From contig NC_052153.1 of the NCBI RefSeq assembly GCF_902713615.1, forward strand, positions 142,677,772 through 142,741,771: a stretch of 64,000 nt of DNA. Reading direction: 5' to 3'. How positions within the stretch are numbered: the first letter of the stretch is position 1; each line of letters opens with the position of its first letter. A model generated the notes under the pieces. That model was not told the origin of the DNA. It was given only the letters and a program-made list of their open reading frames with translations, and ran no database searches. Below are positions 47,882 to 60,879 of this stretch, one piece after another. Origin of the DNA: Scyliorhinus canicula (taxonomy: Eukaryota). Both the position numbers and the translations under genes were made by a program.

Positions 47882-48235
47882 TGAGGCGCCAGAGTATTAT
47901 TTTGGGTCTCTGGATGACTAGTCCAGTGACAATGCCACTGTGCCACCGCCTCCCCATTGCTCCTCAGTCACATTGCGAAAAGAGAAAAGCTACCTGAAAA
48001 CGCATTCTGGCTGTGTTCTCCACATACCCTCCGCTTCCCTCTCTCGTTCCTCTGACAGCTTATTTTACCCCATGATGTCTTCCTTGCTGGTCCCTCTAGT
48101 CCTGTATTGTTTGGAATCAGAATACTGTACTTCTGAAGCAAAAAATGACAACAGTGCAAAAGGAGCAAAGCCTCTCTCTTTGCAGACAAAATGAACTTTG
48201 GAAATTGCTTGAAAACATGAAAAAGAGTTGGAGGT

Positions 48236-48530
48236 TGATGTACCATCAATTTGACTCGAGTCGTGAAGAAGTTCCATATATCAGGCTTTGATCAACTAGT
48301 TGTGTGCCCGGCAGTCGACTTACAGAGAAAGGCCGACTGCCTGGTCCTACGGGTTCTTATACCCCGTCTCGTAGGCGGGACTACTTGCCTCTTGGCCAAT
48401 GGGTGAGCAGTCACATGACTAGCCTCAACCTGTCAGCAGAGAGGCACATGACCGACCTGAGCCAATGGGCAGCGAGTGCTCTGCACCAATGGCAGATAGG
48501 TACCGTAAACCTCCTAGTCATACCACCACA
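48236..48530 (-). mobile_element. Solo LTR (Gypsy C-related)
   Basis: TG...CA ends; 5-bp TSD GAGGT. Confidence 0.88.
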
Positions 48531-50204
48531 GAGGTCAAACCCGAGCCAGAGAAATGAAACCAGCAACCAACTTGTTTGTACTGCACAATCCTATTAAATA
48601 GTACTAGCAGCTAATGTCAAGTTGTGCTGATGAAGGTCAGCAAATGATGAGTTAGATGCTGGAGTGGGCCAAAATTTAAAACAGGTCCTCAGGCCACCTT
48701 AGGACCTCAAATCTGTACATATTAATGCCAACTTTGAATGCTGCTTGTTTTGAAATTGTGTCTTTCTGTCTCGGACTTTGGGTGTGGTGCTTGGTTCTTG
48801 GACAGTCTGTTGACACACTCTGATATCGGTTTGACACTTGCTTATAAGTACCACTTCTAAGCTTGTTACCGAGTGGGCATGTAGCTGTCAGCTATTATTT
48901 CAAGTCTAACACATGACTGAGTCATGTCAGTGGTACATCATCATCTACATCGTACATTAACATACATTTGTTAACCCTTTATGTTACACTGCTGGCACAT
49001 GCGCTGCCTCCTCTATTATTACTTCCTCCAGCAGATCCTGGCCTCTATTTTGGGGACTTAATAGGTTGCAGTTGCCTGAAAGCTGAGCACGAGACACAGC
49101 TCAATGTCAGGAACGTGTGGTCTGTGCCGAGTCAGCATATTTAGGCACTTTCAAAGTCAGGTGGGGAGGGGGTCCTGAAAAGAAAAAGCCGATTTTGAAA
49201 TGTCTAAATAGATTTATGTTGGAAAGAAACTATAAAAACCCATAGACAATTGATAAAAGGATGTTACTGCTGTCAGAAGCTTTGTTCAGTTCTGTGAATA
49301 GACGATGCTGTAAAACCTGTCATGATGGACACCAGGAAAATGTATTGTAACCCCCACAGCACAACTTTTTGGTTGTTGGTTTTCACATCAATTGTTATTT
49401 TTCTCAACATATATGGCCCAAAGCACCTGAGATGCTATTATGACCTCTATGTCCACTTGCTGACATCAGCCTCTTCAAAATGTTGGTTAACATCACAGGG
49501 TATAATACACCTTTAATGACTTAAGGGAATTTTGCTTCTGCATGATGCACAGCATTTTTTCTTTGAAGTCAAAATATCTCATTGTACATCAAAACCACTT
49601 CAGGTCACAATTAATTCAGTTGACAGAAGCAGGCTGCTCAAATCACAGAGGGGTCTGTGCATCAGAGCTAATGCATGTACTAATTGTGCATTCATTTCTG
49701 GTAATTTTGTACATTAGCATTAACCAAGCATTGGCACAAATTTTGTCCCTGCTTCCAAATTTTCTTCTGGGATTTATTTTTCTCATGCGTGACAACAGAC
49801 TAACCTCCATCTTTAATGCTTTCCTTTGTTTGTGAACTGGTTGTTAAGCAGCAATTTACACAGAACAAGCACATTTACTCAGGGTTTTACATTATTTCCA
49901 AACCACATCATTCAGAGCTTAAAACACTGGAGAAAGCTGCCGGAAGTGAATGAAGAGCCTTGTGGTGAAATATGCAGCATGAATGTGGCATCAAGGTTGC
50001 CAGTGTCCGATACAATAAAGGTGAACTCTGATGGGAGACCAAGCCCAATGCCCTTGAGTGCTTTCAGGCACCAACTGTAGGCAACATTCTGTTTGCAATT
50101 CATCTCTGAAGTGACAGATGCCCTTATCTCATGCGAATTGCCAAACATAAGTTAACCAGCTGGAGACATAGTCCTGATTTAATTAGCCACAGACCCCTGT
50201 TCAT

Positions 50205-50530
50205 AAAATCATAGAATTCCTGCAATGCAGTAGGCCATTCAGCCCATCGAGTCTGCATCAACCCTCTGAAAGAGCACTCTACCTTGGCCCAAACCCCTGA
50301 CCCTGCCCATCCCTGTCACCTCACCAAACCCATACATCTTTTGGGCACTAAGGGAAAATGTTAACATTGCCAATCCACCTAACCTGACATCTTTGGACTG
50401 TGGGAGGAAAACAAAACATGTGTTCCGCAGACAAGAGGCAAATGTGCAAGCTCCACACAGACAGTCACCCAAGGCTAGAATTGAACCTGGGTCCCCAGCG
50501 CTCTGAGGCAGCTGTGCCACTGTGCCACCC
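50205..50530 (-). mobile_element. Older HE1-type V-SINE
   Basis: Reverse complement of an HE1-like element. Confidence 0.8.
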
Positions 50531-50808
50531 TGTTGTCACCCCCCCCCCATCATGCACTGTTGCCTGCACTCATATCATCATACATGCATTCAGGACAAGT
50601 TTTCTCCACAGAAAATGTTACTGCCTCCCTCAAACTTCATGCAGTATATGACCACCAGCAAACAATTATGCATGTTGCTGAGGACTGCAAGTTGCCGTGA
50701 TTTTGAGAGAAGGTTTGTCAGCAGTTTTGCGAGGAGACATGCGTAGAAAGATTTTGGAAGTGTTCAGTTTGCTCCAAATATGAATGACACCCCTATGGAG
50801 TTCTCATA

Positions 50809-51157
50809 GGGCAGCACGGTAGCACAGTGGTTAGCACGATTGATTTACATCTCCAGGGTCCCAGGTTCGATTCCCGGCTTGGGTCACTCTCTGTGCGGAG
50901 TCTGCACGTTCTCCCCGTGTCTGCGTGGGTTTTCTCCGGGTGCGTCGGTTTCCTCCCACAGTCCAAAGATGTGCAGGTTAGGTGGATTGGCCATGCTAAA
51001 TTGCCCTTAGTGTCCACAATTGCCCTTAGTGTTGGGTGGGGTTACTGGGTTATGGAGATAGGGTGGAGGTGTGAGCTTGGGTAGGGTGCTCTTTCCAAGA
51101 GCGGGTGCAGACTCGATGGTCTGAATGGCCTCCTTCTGCACTGTAAATTCTATGATA
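50809..51157 (+). mobile_element. HE1-type V-SINE, full length
   Basis: Head, V-core and CR1-type tail. Confidence 0.9.
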
Positions 51158-51231
51158 AAAAAAGCAGGTAGTGATATTCTGAAGAAGAAATATAATAGAA
51201 CAACACTTTGAACACCTAAAACAATACTATG

Positions 51232-51956
51232 GGGCGAAGTACTCCACTACCCGGCGGGGCGGAGTGGCACCAACCACTCTGGCGTTGGGCCTCCCCAAAG
51301 GTGCGGAATTCTCCGCACCTTTAGGGGTGAGGCCCGCGCCGGAGTGGCCCCGCTCCGCCGACTGGTGCCAAAACTGGCGCCAACGGCCTTTGGCGCTATG
51401 CCGATAGGCATCGGGGCTGGCCGAAAGGTCTTCGCTGGTCGGCATGAGTCCGCACATGCGCCGGAGCGTCAGCGGCCGCTGACGTCACCCGACCGGCGCA
51501 TGCGCGGTGGAGGCGGTCTCTTCCGCCTCCGCCATGGTGTAGGCCGTGGTGGCGGCGGAAGAAAAAGAATGCCCCTACGGCAGTGGCCCGCCCGCCAATC
51601 AGTGGGCCCCGATCGCGGGCCAGGCCACCGTGGGGGCACCCCCCGGGGTCCGATCGCTCTGCGCCCTCCCCCCAGGACCCCGGGGGCCTGCTCGCGCCGC
51701 CAATCCCACCGGCAGAGAGGTGGTTTAAACCACGTCGGCGGGAGAGGCCTGACAGCGGCAGGACTTCAGCCCATCACGGCCGGAGAATCGCCACAGGGGG
51801 CCCGCCGATCGGCGCGGGGGGGAACGCTGATCGGCGCGTCGCGATCCCCGTTCCCGCCGATTCCCAGGTGGCAGCTAATTCTGGCCACGGCGGGGCAGGA
51901 TTTACGCCGGCCCCGTGCGATTCCCCGACCCTGCGGGGGGTCGGAGAATTCCGCCC
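51232..51956. mobile_element. GC-rich Harbinger MITE
   Basis: TIRs gggcgaagtactcc / ggagaattccgccc; perfect TSD ATG. Confidence 0.88.
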
Positions 51957-53159
51957 ATGGTCTCTGAAGTGTTCTGGAACTTTCTCATCATAAGAACCAA
52001 TCTAACCAGCCCGCTCCCATTGGCAAGTTCTGAATCCCGTGCAACGTGGCAAAAAAACAATAATCATATATTGAGGCCAATCTCCATCCAATTAACGGGA
52101 AGGACCCCCTATCAAATGGCCTCCCATGATCTAACCGCCTCCCCACCACAGTCACATGGGAGCCCTTTAACAAACCTATCTGCTGAGGGGTTCGGAGGAG
52201 TTGAGTAGCCATCATCGAAATGGGGCAACCGGGGCACCTGGGCTGCTGCCCTAGTGCTCCGGCGGGTTGGGGAACCCCCAAGGGGGAGACGGGCTAGGGG
52301 GTATGGGCACAGTGCCCATGAGTTCACCATGTCACCCCCGGTTCGTGTATACCCGTACCAGGGGCAACTTCGCCTGCTGCCTGTCTGTCCCACCTCTAGT
52401 ATAGAGCCCTGTCCATGGTAATATGGTGCAGGTCACTTTAACTCCCACTGACCATGGCAGCCACTGGCTGCAGAGCTGAAGGTTATTGCTAATAGGGAAT
52501 TGGCAATGTTAGTAATGGAAGAACTTCACAGCTCCCAAGTAGATTCCCGTGAGTAGACGTGCCATATTTCAGGTGAGTGTTACTGCCTGGCATTCCGATC
52601 AGACTGTGAGGCCCAGACACTTTGTCTGACCACTGGAGGCGTCAACACCACAGAGGCAGCAGCCAATAGTCAAACACCCAAGAGCTGGGCCGCAGCGCAG
52701 GGGACACCCCTGCGGCCAGATGTTGGGTCTGTGGATCGGAGAGGGAACCTCAGACCGGTCAAGTGATGTTCCCGGTGGGGGCATGGCGTCCTGTGTCCAG
52801 GGGCCCCTGCTATGGCCAGGTGTGCCTTTACAGGGGTCCACCAGCACAACCAGTTTGTTGGATGGCATCCTGAGAGATGGCAGGGAATGCAAGGGTAGGG
52901 AATGCTTGGGGGACCCCTAACTGATTGCCGGTCTCTCACTCTCTCCAATTACTTATAGATATCACATGATGGATCATGTTGTGGACCCCTCAGCAGCTGT
53001 CATCGCGGCGGCAGTCCAGGGGGCCAGACCCGGAGAAGGAGACAGCAGCATTGACAGAGGCTCGAGGCAGTAGCCCATGTGCAGGACCCCGCCCCTCACC
53101 TTGAGGACCCGACTGCCTATCTGGCCAGGGAGGGACCCAGAGGGTGAGGCCAGCAACGG

Positions 53160-53900
53160 CCCAAGATGTACAGGCGCCGCTGGTCATTTGAGGAGCGGTC
53201 AGACATCACGTGTCGCAGGAGGCTCCCCTCAACAAGGGGATGGTGCGGCACCTGGGCCATGTCCTTCGGACTTGACACCACATGGAGGAGGAGGATGGCT
53301 GCTCCCGTTGAACGTCATGGTCACCGCAGCCCTGAACGTATACGCCTCGGGCTCATTCCAGGGTTCGAGGGTCTTGTGCACCATATCCCAACCAACAGCC
53401 CACAAGCCCATGGATGACCTGTTTCCCAGGCAGCTGACTATATAAACTTTGACCTGGAACAGACCCATCAAGATGCCCGGGCAGCAGGATTCTCCAGCAC
53501 CGGGATGCCCCAGGTCCGTGAGGGTAATAGTTGGAGTGCATGTTGCCTTGCACACACCGGACGGTCCAGGAGTTCCATTCATTAACAGGACGGGATTCCA
53601 CTCTCTGAACGTCCAACTTCTGTGTGACAACCATCTCAAGATCAAGCACGTGTGTGCACGCTTACCAGGGGTTGTGCACAACAGATACATCCTGGGGCAG
53701 TCGGGGATCCCTGGCCTCTTCGAGGGAAACCCCAGGGTGACCGGTTGGCTCTTGGGGTACCCGCTGATGATGCCAGTACAGAGGCCGGGGTATGCAGATA
53801 CCCGACATAGCGAGGTCCAAGTGGCCATCTGGGCTATCATTGAGCAGTGCATCGGGCTGTTGAAAATGCGGTTCCAATGCATTGACGCTCAGGTACTGAT
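53160..53900 (+). pseudogene. Harbinger DDE transposase, frameshifted
   Basis: VTAALNVYASGSFQ; FINRTGFHSLNVQLLCD...VCARLPG...GWLLG...IEQCIGLLKMRFQC. Confidence 0.9.
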
Positions 53901-54199
53901 ATCCAGCATCTCACTGCCCATATATACCCTTTCCCATATGTTATGGCCCAACATCCCCTGCAGTGATACAGTGAGGGTATGCTGAGCCTCACGTTTCACG
54001 CATCACGGGAGTTTGGGGGGGGTAGGTATATGGTAGGTGACATGCACAAGCATTCTGCCCGGCATGGATGGGTTGTGTTGGTGGTTGCTGTGGCACAGGC
54101 ACGGTATTGTGCTTGGGGCGGAGGTGGTGGGGTGCCAACTGCAGGGTCGCAGGGGGTGAGGGCGGCCAGGGGACCAATACCTACTCACCCAGTGGCCTG

Positions 54200-54415
54200 G
54201 TGAGGTCATTGAGCTTCTTGCAGAACTGAGTGGCGGTCATCCGGGTGACTCCTCCTGCACTGACAACCCGCTGCTACTGCCCCCCAGATGGCACTGGCTG
54301 ACCTGTGGCTGGCCTTTTGACCCACTCGGGGAAACAGGGTGTCCCATTGCAACTCCACTGCATCAACAGTCTGGCCAGGTTGGCATCTCCAAATGGTGGG
54401 GCTGGTCTGCATGGC
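54200..54415 (-). pseudogene. Harbinger Myb/SANT-like protein remnant
   Basis: DAVELQWDTLFP...AIWGAVAA... then QFCKKLNDL after a frameshift. Confidence 0.75.
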
Positions 54416-54774
54416 TTGGTCCTGTCTGGGGTTCACTCTGCAGGATCGGTTTAAGAGCTGATCTCCTCCTTAGCGGGGAGCTGCTGGGCGTGATCCAGGT
54501 GAATCAGCTGGTGAGACAGTCATTTCCGGTATGGAGCCCATGGGGCATCATTACCAGCTCTAATTTGCGTTAGATATTGGTCTCGCCGGGTTGATATTCA
54601 GGAGTACCCAGCAATTCGCGCTCGCTGCCACACTTAGAAACATTGATATTTCTAACATAGAAACTTGGTATTCTTGCCAAGTTCCAATGGCTCCCAAATT
54701 GTCAAAAGATCTGATAAACCTAATTCTCACTTTCAATCTCTCCTTGATCTCAGCATTCTATCCAATATCATCTC

Positions 54775-55151
54775 TGTCATAATATGCACCCATGCACATC
54801 ATGAGGTAAAAACAGGCAGTGACAGACACCCAGGTGAGCCAATCAACATACAGAACAGAACACAACTAATCACTAGACAGAAAACGAGAGGGGGGCTTCC
54901 AACTATAAAACACCACGAGGCATCAGCACTCTGCCGGGGTGTACAAATCATTCAACACCTTCTACATGTGGATCAGAGCTAGCCTGGTCTAGACAGTTAG
55001 AGTTAGTTTACTTAGAGTAGTAGTGAGTTAACCCAAGGGGTTACTGAAGTTCAATAAATCTTATTGAACCAATGCCTACATTTGGTGTACGCTTTATCAT
55101 TTATCTGCATCGTGTTGCAGTCCGTGTTACCCCAAGGTGTATAACACGACA
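54775..55151 (+). mobile_element. Solo LTR
   Basis: TGTCAT...ACGACA ends; 5-bp TSD ATCTC; TATAAAA and AATAAA. Confidence 0.9.
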
Positions 55152-57133
55152 ATCTCTTCCAGCTCAGTGGCTCCACATGTACCCTCCACAACTAATCATT
55201 CACAATTCTTTGCATCCTCTATTCCACCATCCATTCTTTCTGCTAATATGACTGATGTATCGTCAACTACCACGAGACGAGAATGGTGAAACAATCGAGG
55301 CTTTATTGCACAAGATGTTGTGCCTTCTGCAGCTGGAACCAGAATGGGAGCAGCGCAGGAAGCATACAACATTTATATGTCGCCTGCTGGGAGGTGCCAG
55401 CAGGCTGGGATTTACTGTGGTACCTGTAATACAATGGCAGTACCGTAATACCGGGGGGGGGAGCGGTATCAGGTCAGGGGTTGTGAGTGGGGACCCAGCG
55501 GGTGCCAGTTCCCGGAGGGAGACTGTGTCCTGTAGCCCATCAGGGTGTACCGCATAGGCATACTGTGGGTTCGCATGGAGGAGGTGGACTTTCTCAACCA
55601 AGGGATCTGATTTAAGGCTCCGGACATGGTTCCGGAGGAGGACATGTCCAGGAACTGTCAGCCATGTTGGGAGCGAGACCCCGGAGGTGGACGTGCTGGG
55701 GAAGGCAAACATGAGGGGTCTCATTAGTAGCGTGCACTAGAGCGACCGGATGGAGTGGAGCGCGTCGGTGAGGACCTCCTGCCAGTGGGAGACCGGGAGA
55801 TTTTTAGACGGAAGGGCCAGCAGGATGACCTTCCAGACTGTCCCGTTCTCCTTCTCCACCTATCCCTTTCCCCGGGGGTTGTAGCTGGTCGTCCTACTCG
55901 AGGCGATGCCTTTGCTGAGCAGGAACTGACGCAGCTCATCACTCATGAAGGAGGATCCCCAATCGCTGTGGATGTATGTGGGGAAACCGAACAGAGTGAA
56001 GATGCTGTGCAGGGCTTTGATGACCGTGGCAGAAGTCATGTCGGGGCATGGGATGGCGAAAGGGAAACGGGAGTACTCATCAATTACGCTGAGGAAGCAC
56101 ACGTTGCAGTCGGTGGAGGGGAGGGGCCATTTAAAGTCCATGCTGAGGCGCTCAAAAGGGTTGGAGGCCTTTACCAGGTGCGCTCTATCTGACTGTTAGA
56201 AGTGCGGCTTGCACGCTGCACAGACTTGGCAATCTCTGGTCACGGTCCTGACTTCCTCAATGGAGTGGAGCAGGTTGCGGGCCTTGACAAAATGGAAGAA
56301 CCGGGTGACCCCTGGGTGGCAGAGGTCATTGTGGAGAACCCGGAGTCGGACCACTTGTGCGCTGGCACATGTACCGCGAGATAGGGCATCTGAGGGCTCG
56401 TTGAGCTTCCCCAGGTGATACAAGATCTCATAGTTATATGTGGAGAGCTCGATCCTCCAACTCAAGATCTTGTCATTTTTGATCTTGCCCCACTGCGTAT
56501 TGTTAAACATGAAAGCAACCGACCGTTGGTCAGTGAGGAGAGGAATCTCCTGCCGGCCAGGTAATGCCTCCAATGTCACTCAGCTTCCACAATGGCTTGG
56601 ACCTCCTTTTTGACAGAGGAGTGCCGAATTTCGGAGGCATGGAGGGTGTTGGAAAAGAAAGCTACGGGTCTGCCCGCTTGGTTGAGGGTGGCGGCCAGAG
56701 CTACGTCCGATGCATCGCTCTCCACCTGAAAGGGGAGGGTCTCATCAACTGCGTGCATCATGGCCTTGGCGCTCAAAGGGGCGGGAGGCCTTTACCAGGT
56801 GTGTTTGATCTGGCTGTTAGAAGTGCGGCTTGTACTCTGCGTAGACTTGGCAATCGCTGGTCACGGTCCTGACTTCCTCAATGGAGTAGGGCATGTTGCG
56901 GGCCTTGACAAAATGGAAGAACCGGGTGACCCCCGGGTGGCAGAGGTCATTGTGGAGAACCCGGAGTCGGACCACTTGTGCGCTGCCACATGTACCGCGA
57001 GATAGGGCATCTGGGGACTCGTTGAGCTTCCCCAGGTGATACAAGATCTCATAGTTATAGGTGGACAGCTCGATCCTCCATCTCAAGATCTTGTCATTTT
57101 TGATCTTGCCCCGCCGTGTATTGTTAAACATGA

Positions 57134-60100
57134 GGGCCAGGGATGTCTCGGATCGTGTCTTCAGGATTCTGAAGGGGGAGGGTGATCAGCCAAAAGTCAT
57201 GGTGCACATTGGTACCAACGACGTAGGTAGGAAAAGGGGTGTGGAGGTAATAAACGAGTTTAGGGAGTTAGGCTGGAAGTTAAAAGCCAGGACAGACAGA
57301 GTTTTCATCTCTGGTTTGTTGCCGGTGCCACGTGATAGCGAGGCTTGGAATAGGGAGAGAGTGCAATTGGACACGTGGCTGCAGGAATGGTGGAGGAAGG
57401 AGGGCTTCAGGTATTTGGATAATTAGAGCGCATTCTGGGGAATGTGGGACCTGTACAAGTAGGACGGGTTGCATCGGAACAAGAGGGGCACCAATATCCT
57501 GGGAGGGAGGTTTTCTAGTACTCTTTGGGAGGGTTTAAACTAATTTGGCAGGGGAATGGGAACCGGATTTGTAGTCCAGCAACTAAGGTAACCGATATTC
57601 AGGATGCCAAAGCGTGTAGTGAGGCAGCGGGGAAGGGAACACTGACAAAAGAGAGTACTTGCAGGCACGGAGATGGGTTGAAGTGTGTATACTTCAACGC
57701 AAGAAGCATCAGGAATAAGGTGGGTGAACTTAAGGCATGGATCGGTACTTGGGACTACGATGTGGTGGCCATCACTGAAACTTGGATGGAAGAGGGGCAG
57801 TAATGGTTGTTGGAGGTCCCTGGTTATAGGTGTTTCAATAAGATTAGGGAGGATGGTAAAAGAGGTGGGGGGTTGGCATTGTTAATTGGAGATAGTATAA
57901 CAGCTGCAGAAAGGCAGTTCGAAGAGGATCTGCCCACTGAGGTAGTATGGGTTCAAGTCAGAAATAGGAAAGGAGCAGTCACCTTGTTGGGAGTTTTTTA
58001 TAGGCCCCCCAATAGCAGCAGAGATGTGGAGGAACAGATTGGGAAACAGATTTTGGAAAGGTGCAGAAATCACAGGGTAGTAGTCATGGGTGACTTCAAC
58101 TTCCCAAACATTGAGTGGAAACTCTTTAGATCAAATAGTTTGGATGGGGTGGTTTTTGTGCAGTGTGTCCAGGAAGCTTTTCTAACATAGTATGTAGATC
58201 GTCCGACCAGAGGGGAGGCCATATTGGATTTGGTACTTGGTAATGAACCAGGGCAAGTGATAGATTTGTTAGTGGGGGAGCATTTTGGAGATAGTGACCA
58301 CAATTCTGTGACTTTCACTTTAGTAATGGAGAGGGATAGGTACGTGCAACAGGGCAAGGTTTACAATTGGGGGAAGGGTAAATACGATGCTGTCAGACAA
58401 GAATTGAAGTGCATAAGTTGGGAACATAGGCTGTCAGGGAAGGAGACAAGTGAAATGTGGAACTTGTTCAAGGAACAGGTACTGCGTGTCCTTGATATCT
58501 ATGTCCCTGTCAGGCAGGGAAGAGATGGTCGAGTGAGGGAACCATGGTTGACAAGAGAGGTTGAATGTCTTGTTAAGAGGAAGAAGGAGACTTATGTAAG
58601 GCTGAAGAAACAAGGTTCAGACAGGGCGCTGGAGGGATACAAGATAGCCAGGAGGGAACTGAAGAAAGGGATTAGGAGAGCTAAGAGAGGGCATGAAAAA
58701 TCTTTGGCGGGTAGGATCAAGGAAAACCCCAAGGCCTTTTACACATATGTGAGAAATATGAGAATGACTAGAGCGAGGGTAGGTCCGATCAAGGACAGTA
58801 GCGGGAGATTGTGTATTGAGTCTGAAGAGATAGGAGAGGTCTTGAACGAGTAATTTTCTTCAGTATTTACGAATGAGAGGGGCCATATTGTTGTAGAGGA
58901 CAGTGTGAAACAGACTGTTAAGCTCGAGGAGATACTTGTCAGGAAGGAAGATGTGTTGGTCATTTTGAAAACCTATAGGATGGACAAGTCCCCCAGGCCT
59001 GACGGGATATATCTAAGGATTCTCTGGGAAGCAAGAGATGAAACTGCAGAGCCGTTGGCAATGATCTTTTCGTCCTCACTGTCAACAGGGGTGATACCAG
59101 GGGATTGGAGAGTGACGAATGTTGTGCCCCTGTTCAAAAAAGGGAATAGAGATAACCCTGGGAATTATAGGCCAGTTAGTCTTACTTCGGTGGTAGGCAA
59201 AGTAATGGAAAGGGTACTGAGGGATAGGATTTCTGAGCATCTGGAAAGACACTGCTTGATTAGGAATAGTCAGCACGGATTTGTGAGGGGTAGGTCTTGC
59301 CTCACAAGTCTTATTGTATTCTTTGAGGAGGGGACCAAGCATGTGGATGAAGGTAAAGCAGTGGATGTAGTGCACATGGATTTTAGTAAGGCATTTGATA
59401 AGGTTCCCCATGGTAGGCTTATGCAGAAAGTAAGGAGGCATGGGATAGTGGGAAATCTGGCCAGTTGGAAAACGAACTGGATAACCAATAGAAGTCAGAC
59501 AGTGGTGGTGGATGGCAAATATTCAGCCTGGAGCCCAGTTACCAGTGGCGTACCACAGGGATCAGTTATGGGTCCTCTGCTGTTTGTGATTTTCATTAAT
59601 GACTTGGATGAGGGAGTTGAAGGGTGTGTCAGTACATTTGCAGACGATACGAAGATTGGTGGAGTTGTGGATAATGAGGAGGGCTGTTGTCAGCTGCAAA
59701 GAGACATAGATAGGATGCAGAGCTGGGCTGAGAAGTGGCAGATGGAGTTTAACCCTGAAAAGTGTGAGGTTGTCCATTTTGGAAGGACAAATATGAATGC
59801 AGAATACAGGGTTAACGGTAGGGTTCTTGACAATGTGGAGGAGCAGAGAGATCTTGGGGTCTATGTTCATAGACCTTTGAAAGTTGTCACTCAAGTGGTT
59901 AGAGCTGTGAAGAACGTCTATGGTGTGCTAGCGTTCATTAGCAGAGGGATTGAATTTAAGAGCCGTGAGGTGATGATGCAGCTGTACAAAATCTTGGTGA
60001 GGCCACATTTGGAGTACTGTGTGCAGTTCTGGTTGCCTCATTTTAGGATGCATGTGGAAGCTTTGGAAAATGTGCAAAGGAGATTTACCAGGATGTTGCC

Positions 60101-60879
60101 TGGAATGGAGAGTAGGTCTTATGAGGAAAGGTTGAGGGTGCAAGGCCTTTTCTCATTAGAACGGAGAAGGATCAGGGGCAACTTGATAGAGGTTTATAAG
60201 ATGATCAGGGGAATAGATAGAGTAGACAGTCAGAGACTTTTTCCCCGGGCGGAACAAATCATTACAAGGGGACATAAATTTAAGGTGAATGGTGGAAGAT
60301 ATAGGGGGGATATCAGAGGTAGGTTCTTTACCCAGAGAGTAGTGGGGGCATGGAATGCACTGCCTGTGGAAGTAGTTGAGTCGGAAACATTAGGGACCTT
60401 CAAGTGGCTATTGGTTAGGTACATGGATTACGGTAGGATGATGGAGTGTAGATTAATTTGTTCTTAAGGGCAGCACGGCAGCATTGTGGATAGCACAATT
60501 GCTTCACAGCTCCAGGGTCCCAGGTTCGATTCCGGCTTGGGTCACTGTCTGTGCTGAGTCTGCACATCCTCCCCGGTGGGTGTGTAGGTTTCCTCCGGGT
60601 GCTCCGGTTTCCTCCCACAGTGCAAAGATGTGCAGGTAGGATGGATTGGCCATGATAAATTTCCCTTAGTGTCCAAAATTGCCCTTAGTGTTGGATGGGG
60701 TTACTGGGTTATGGGGATAGGGTGGAGGTGTTGTCCTTGGGTGAGGTGCTCTTTTCAGGAGCCGGTGTAGACTTCTGCACTGTAAATTCTATGATAATCT
60801 ATGACTAATCTAGGACAAAGGTTCAGCACAACATCGTGGGCCGAAGGGCCTGTTCTGTGCTGTATTTTTCTATGTTCTA
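57134..60879 (+). mobile_element. CR1 LINE (5'-truncated in ORF1) inserted in Gypsy C
   Basis: VHIGTND; endonuclease; 520-aa RT ORF 58905-60467 with FADD; (TTCTATG) tail; Gypsy sequence rejoins across it. Confidence 0.95.
60468..60805 (+). mobile_element. HE1-type V-SINE inserted in the CR1 3'UTR
   Basis: Head and V-core; CR1 tail resumes at ~60806. Confidence 0.88.

Larger units (their letters stand above)
52003..54645. mobile_element. Decayed autonomous-type Harbinger with convergent transposase and Myb genes
   Basis: Transposase remnant on +, Myb/SANT remnant on -; ends match 4331-8383. Confidence 0.85.

Noticed and set aside
49912-50148. FTSGSFLQ resembling a Harbinger transposase motif
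   Set aside because: Surrounding residues do not fit; likely chance.
51344-51993. Long Arg/Gly/Pro-rich ORFs (also near 18300-19400, 34740-35216, 39019-39409, 44292-44929)
   Set aside because: Spurious ORFs in GC-rich palindromic MITEs, open on both strands.
53160-53985. Domesticated HARBI1 gene
   Set aside because: Frameshifted, catalytic Asp motifs degraded, and embedded in a transposon with a convergent Myb remnant.
58905-60467. 520-aa ORF as a functional gene
   Set aside because: It is the RT part of a CR1 ORF2 with stops upstream.
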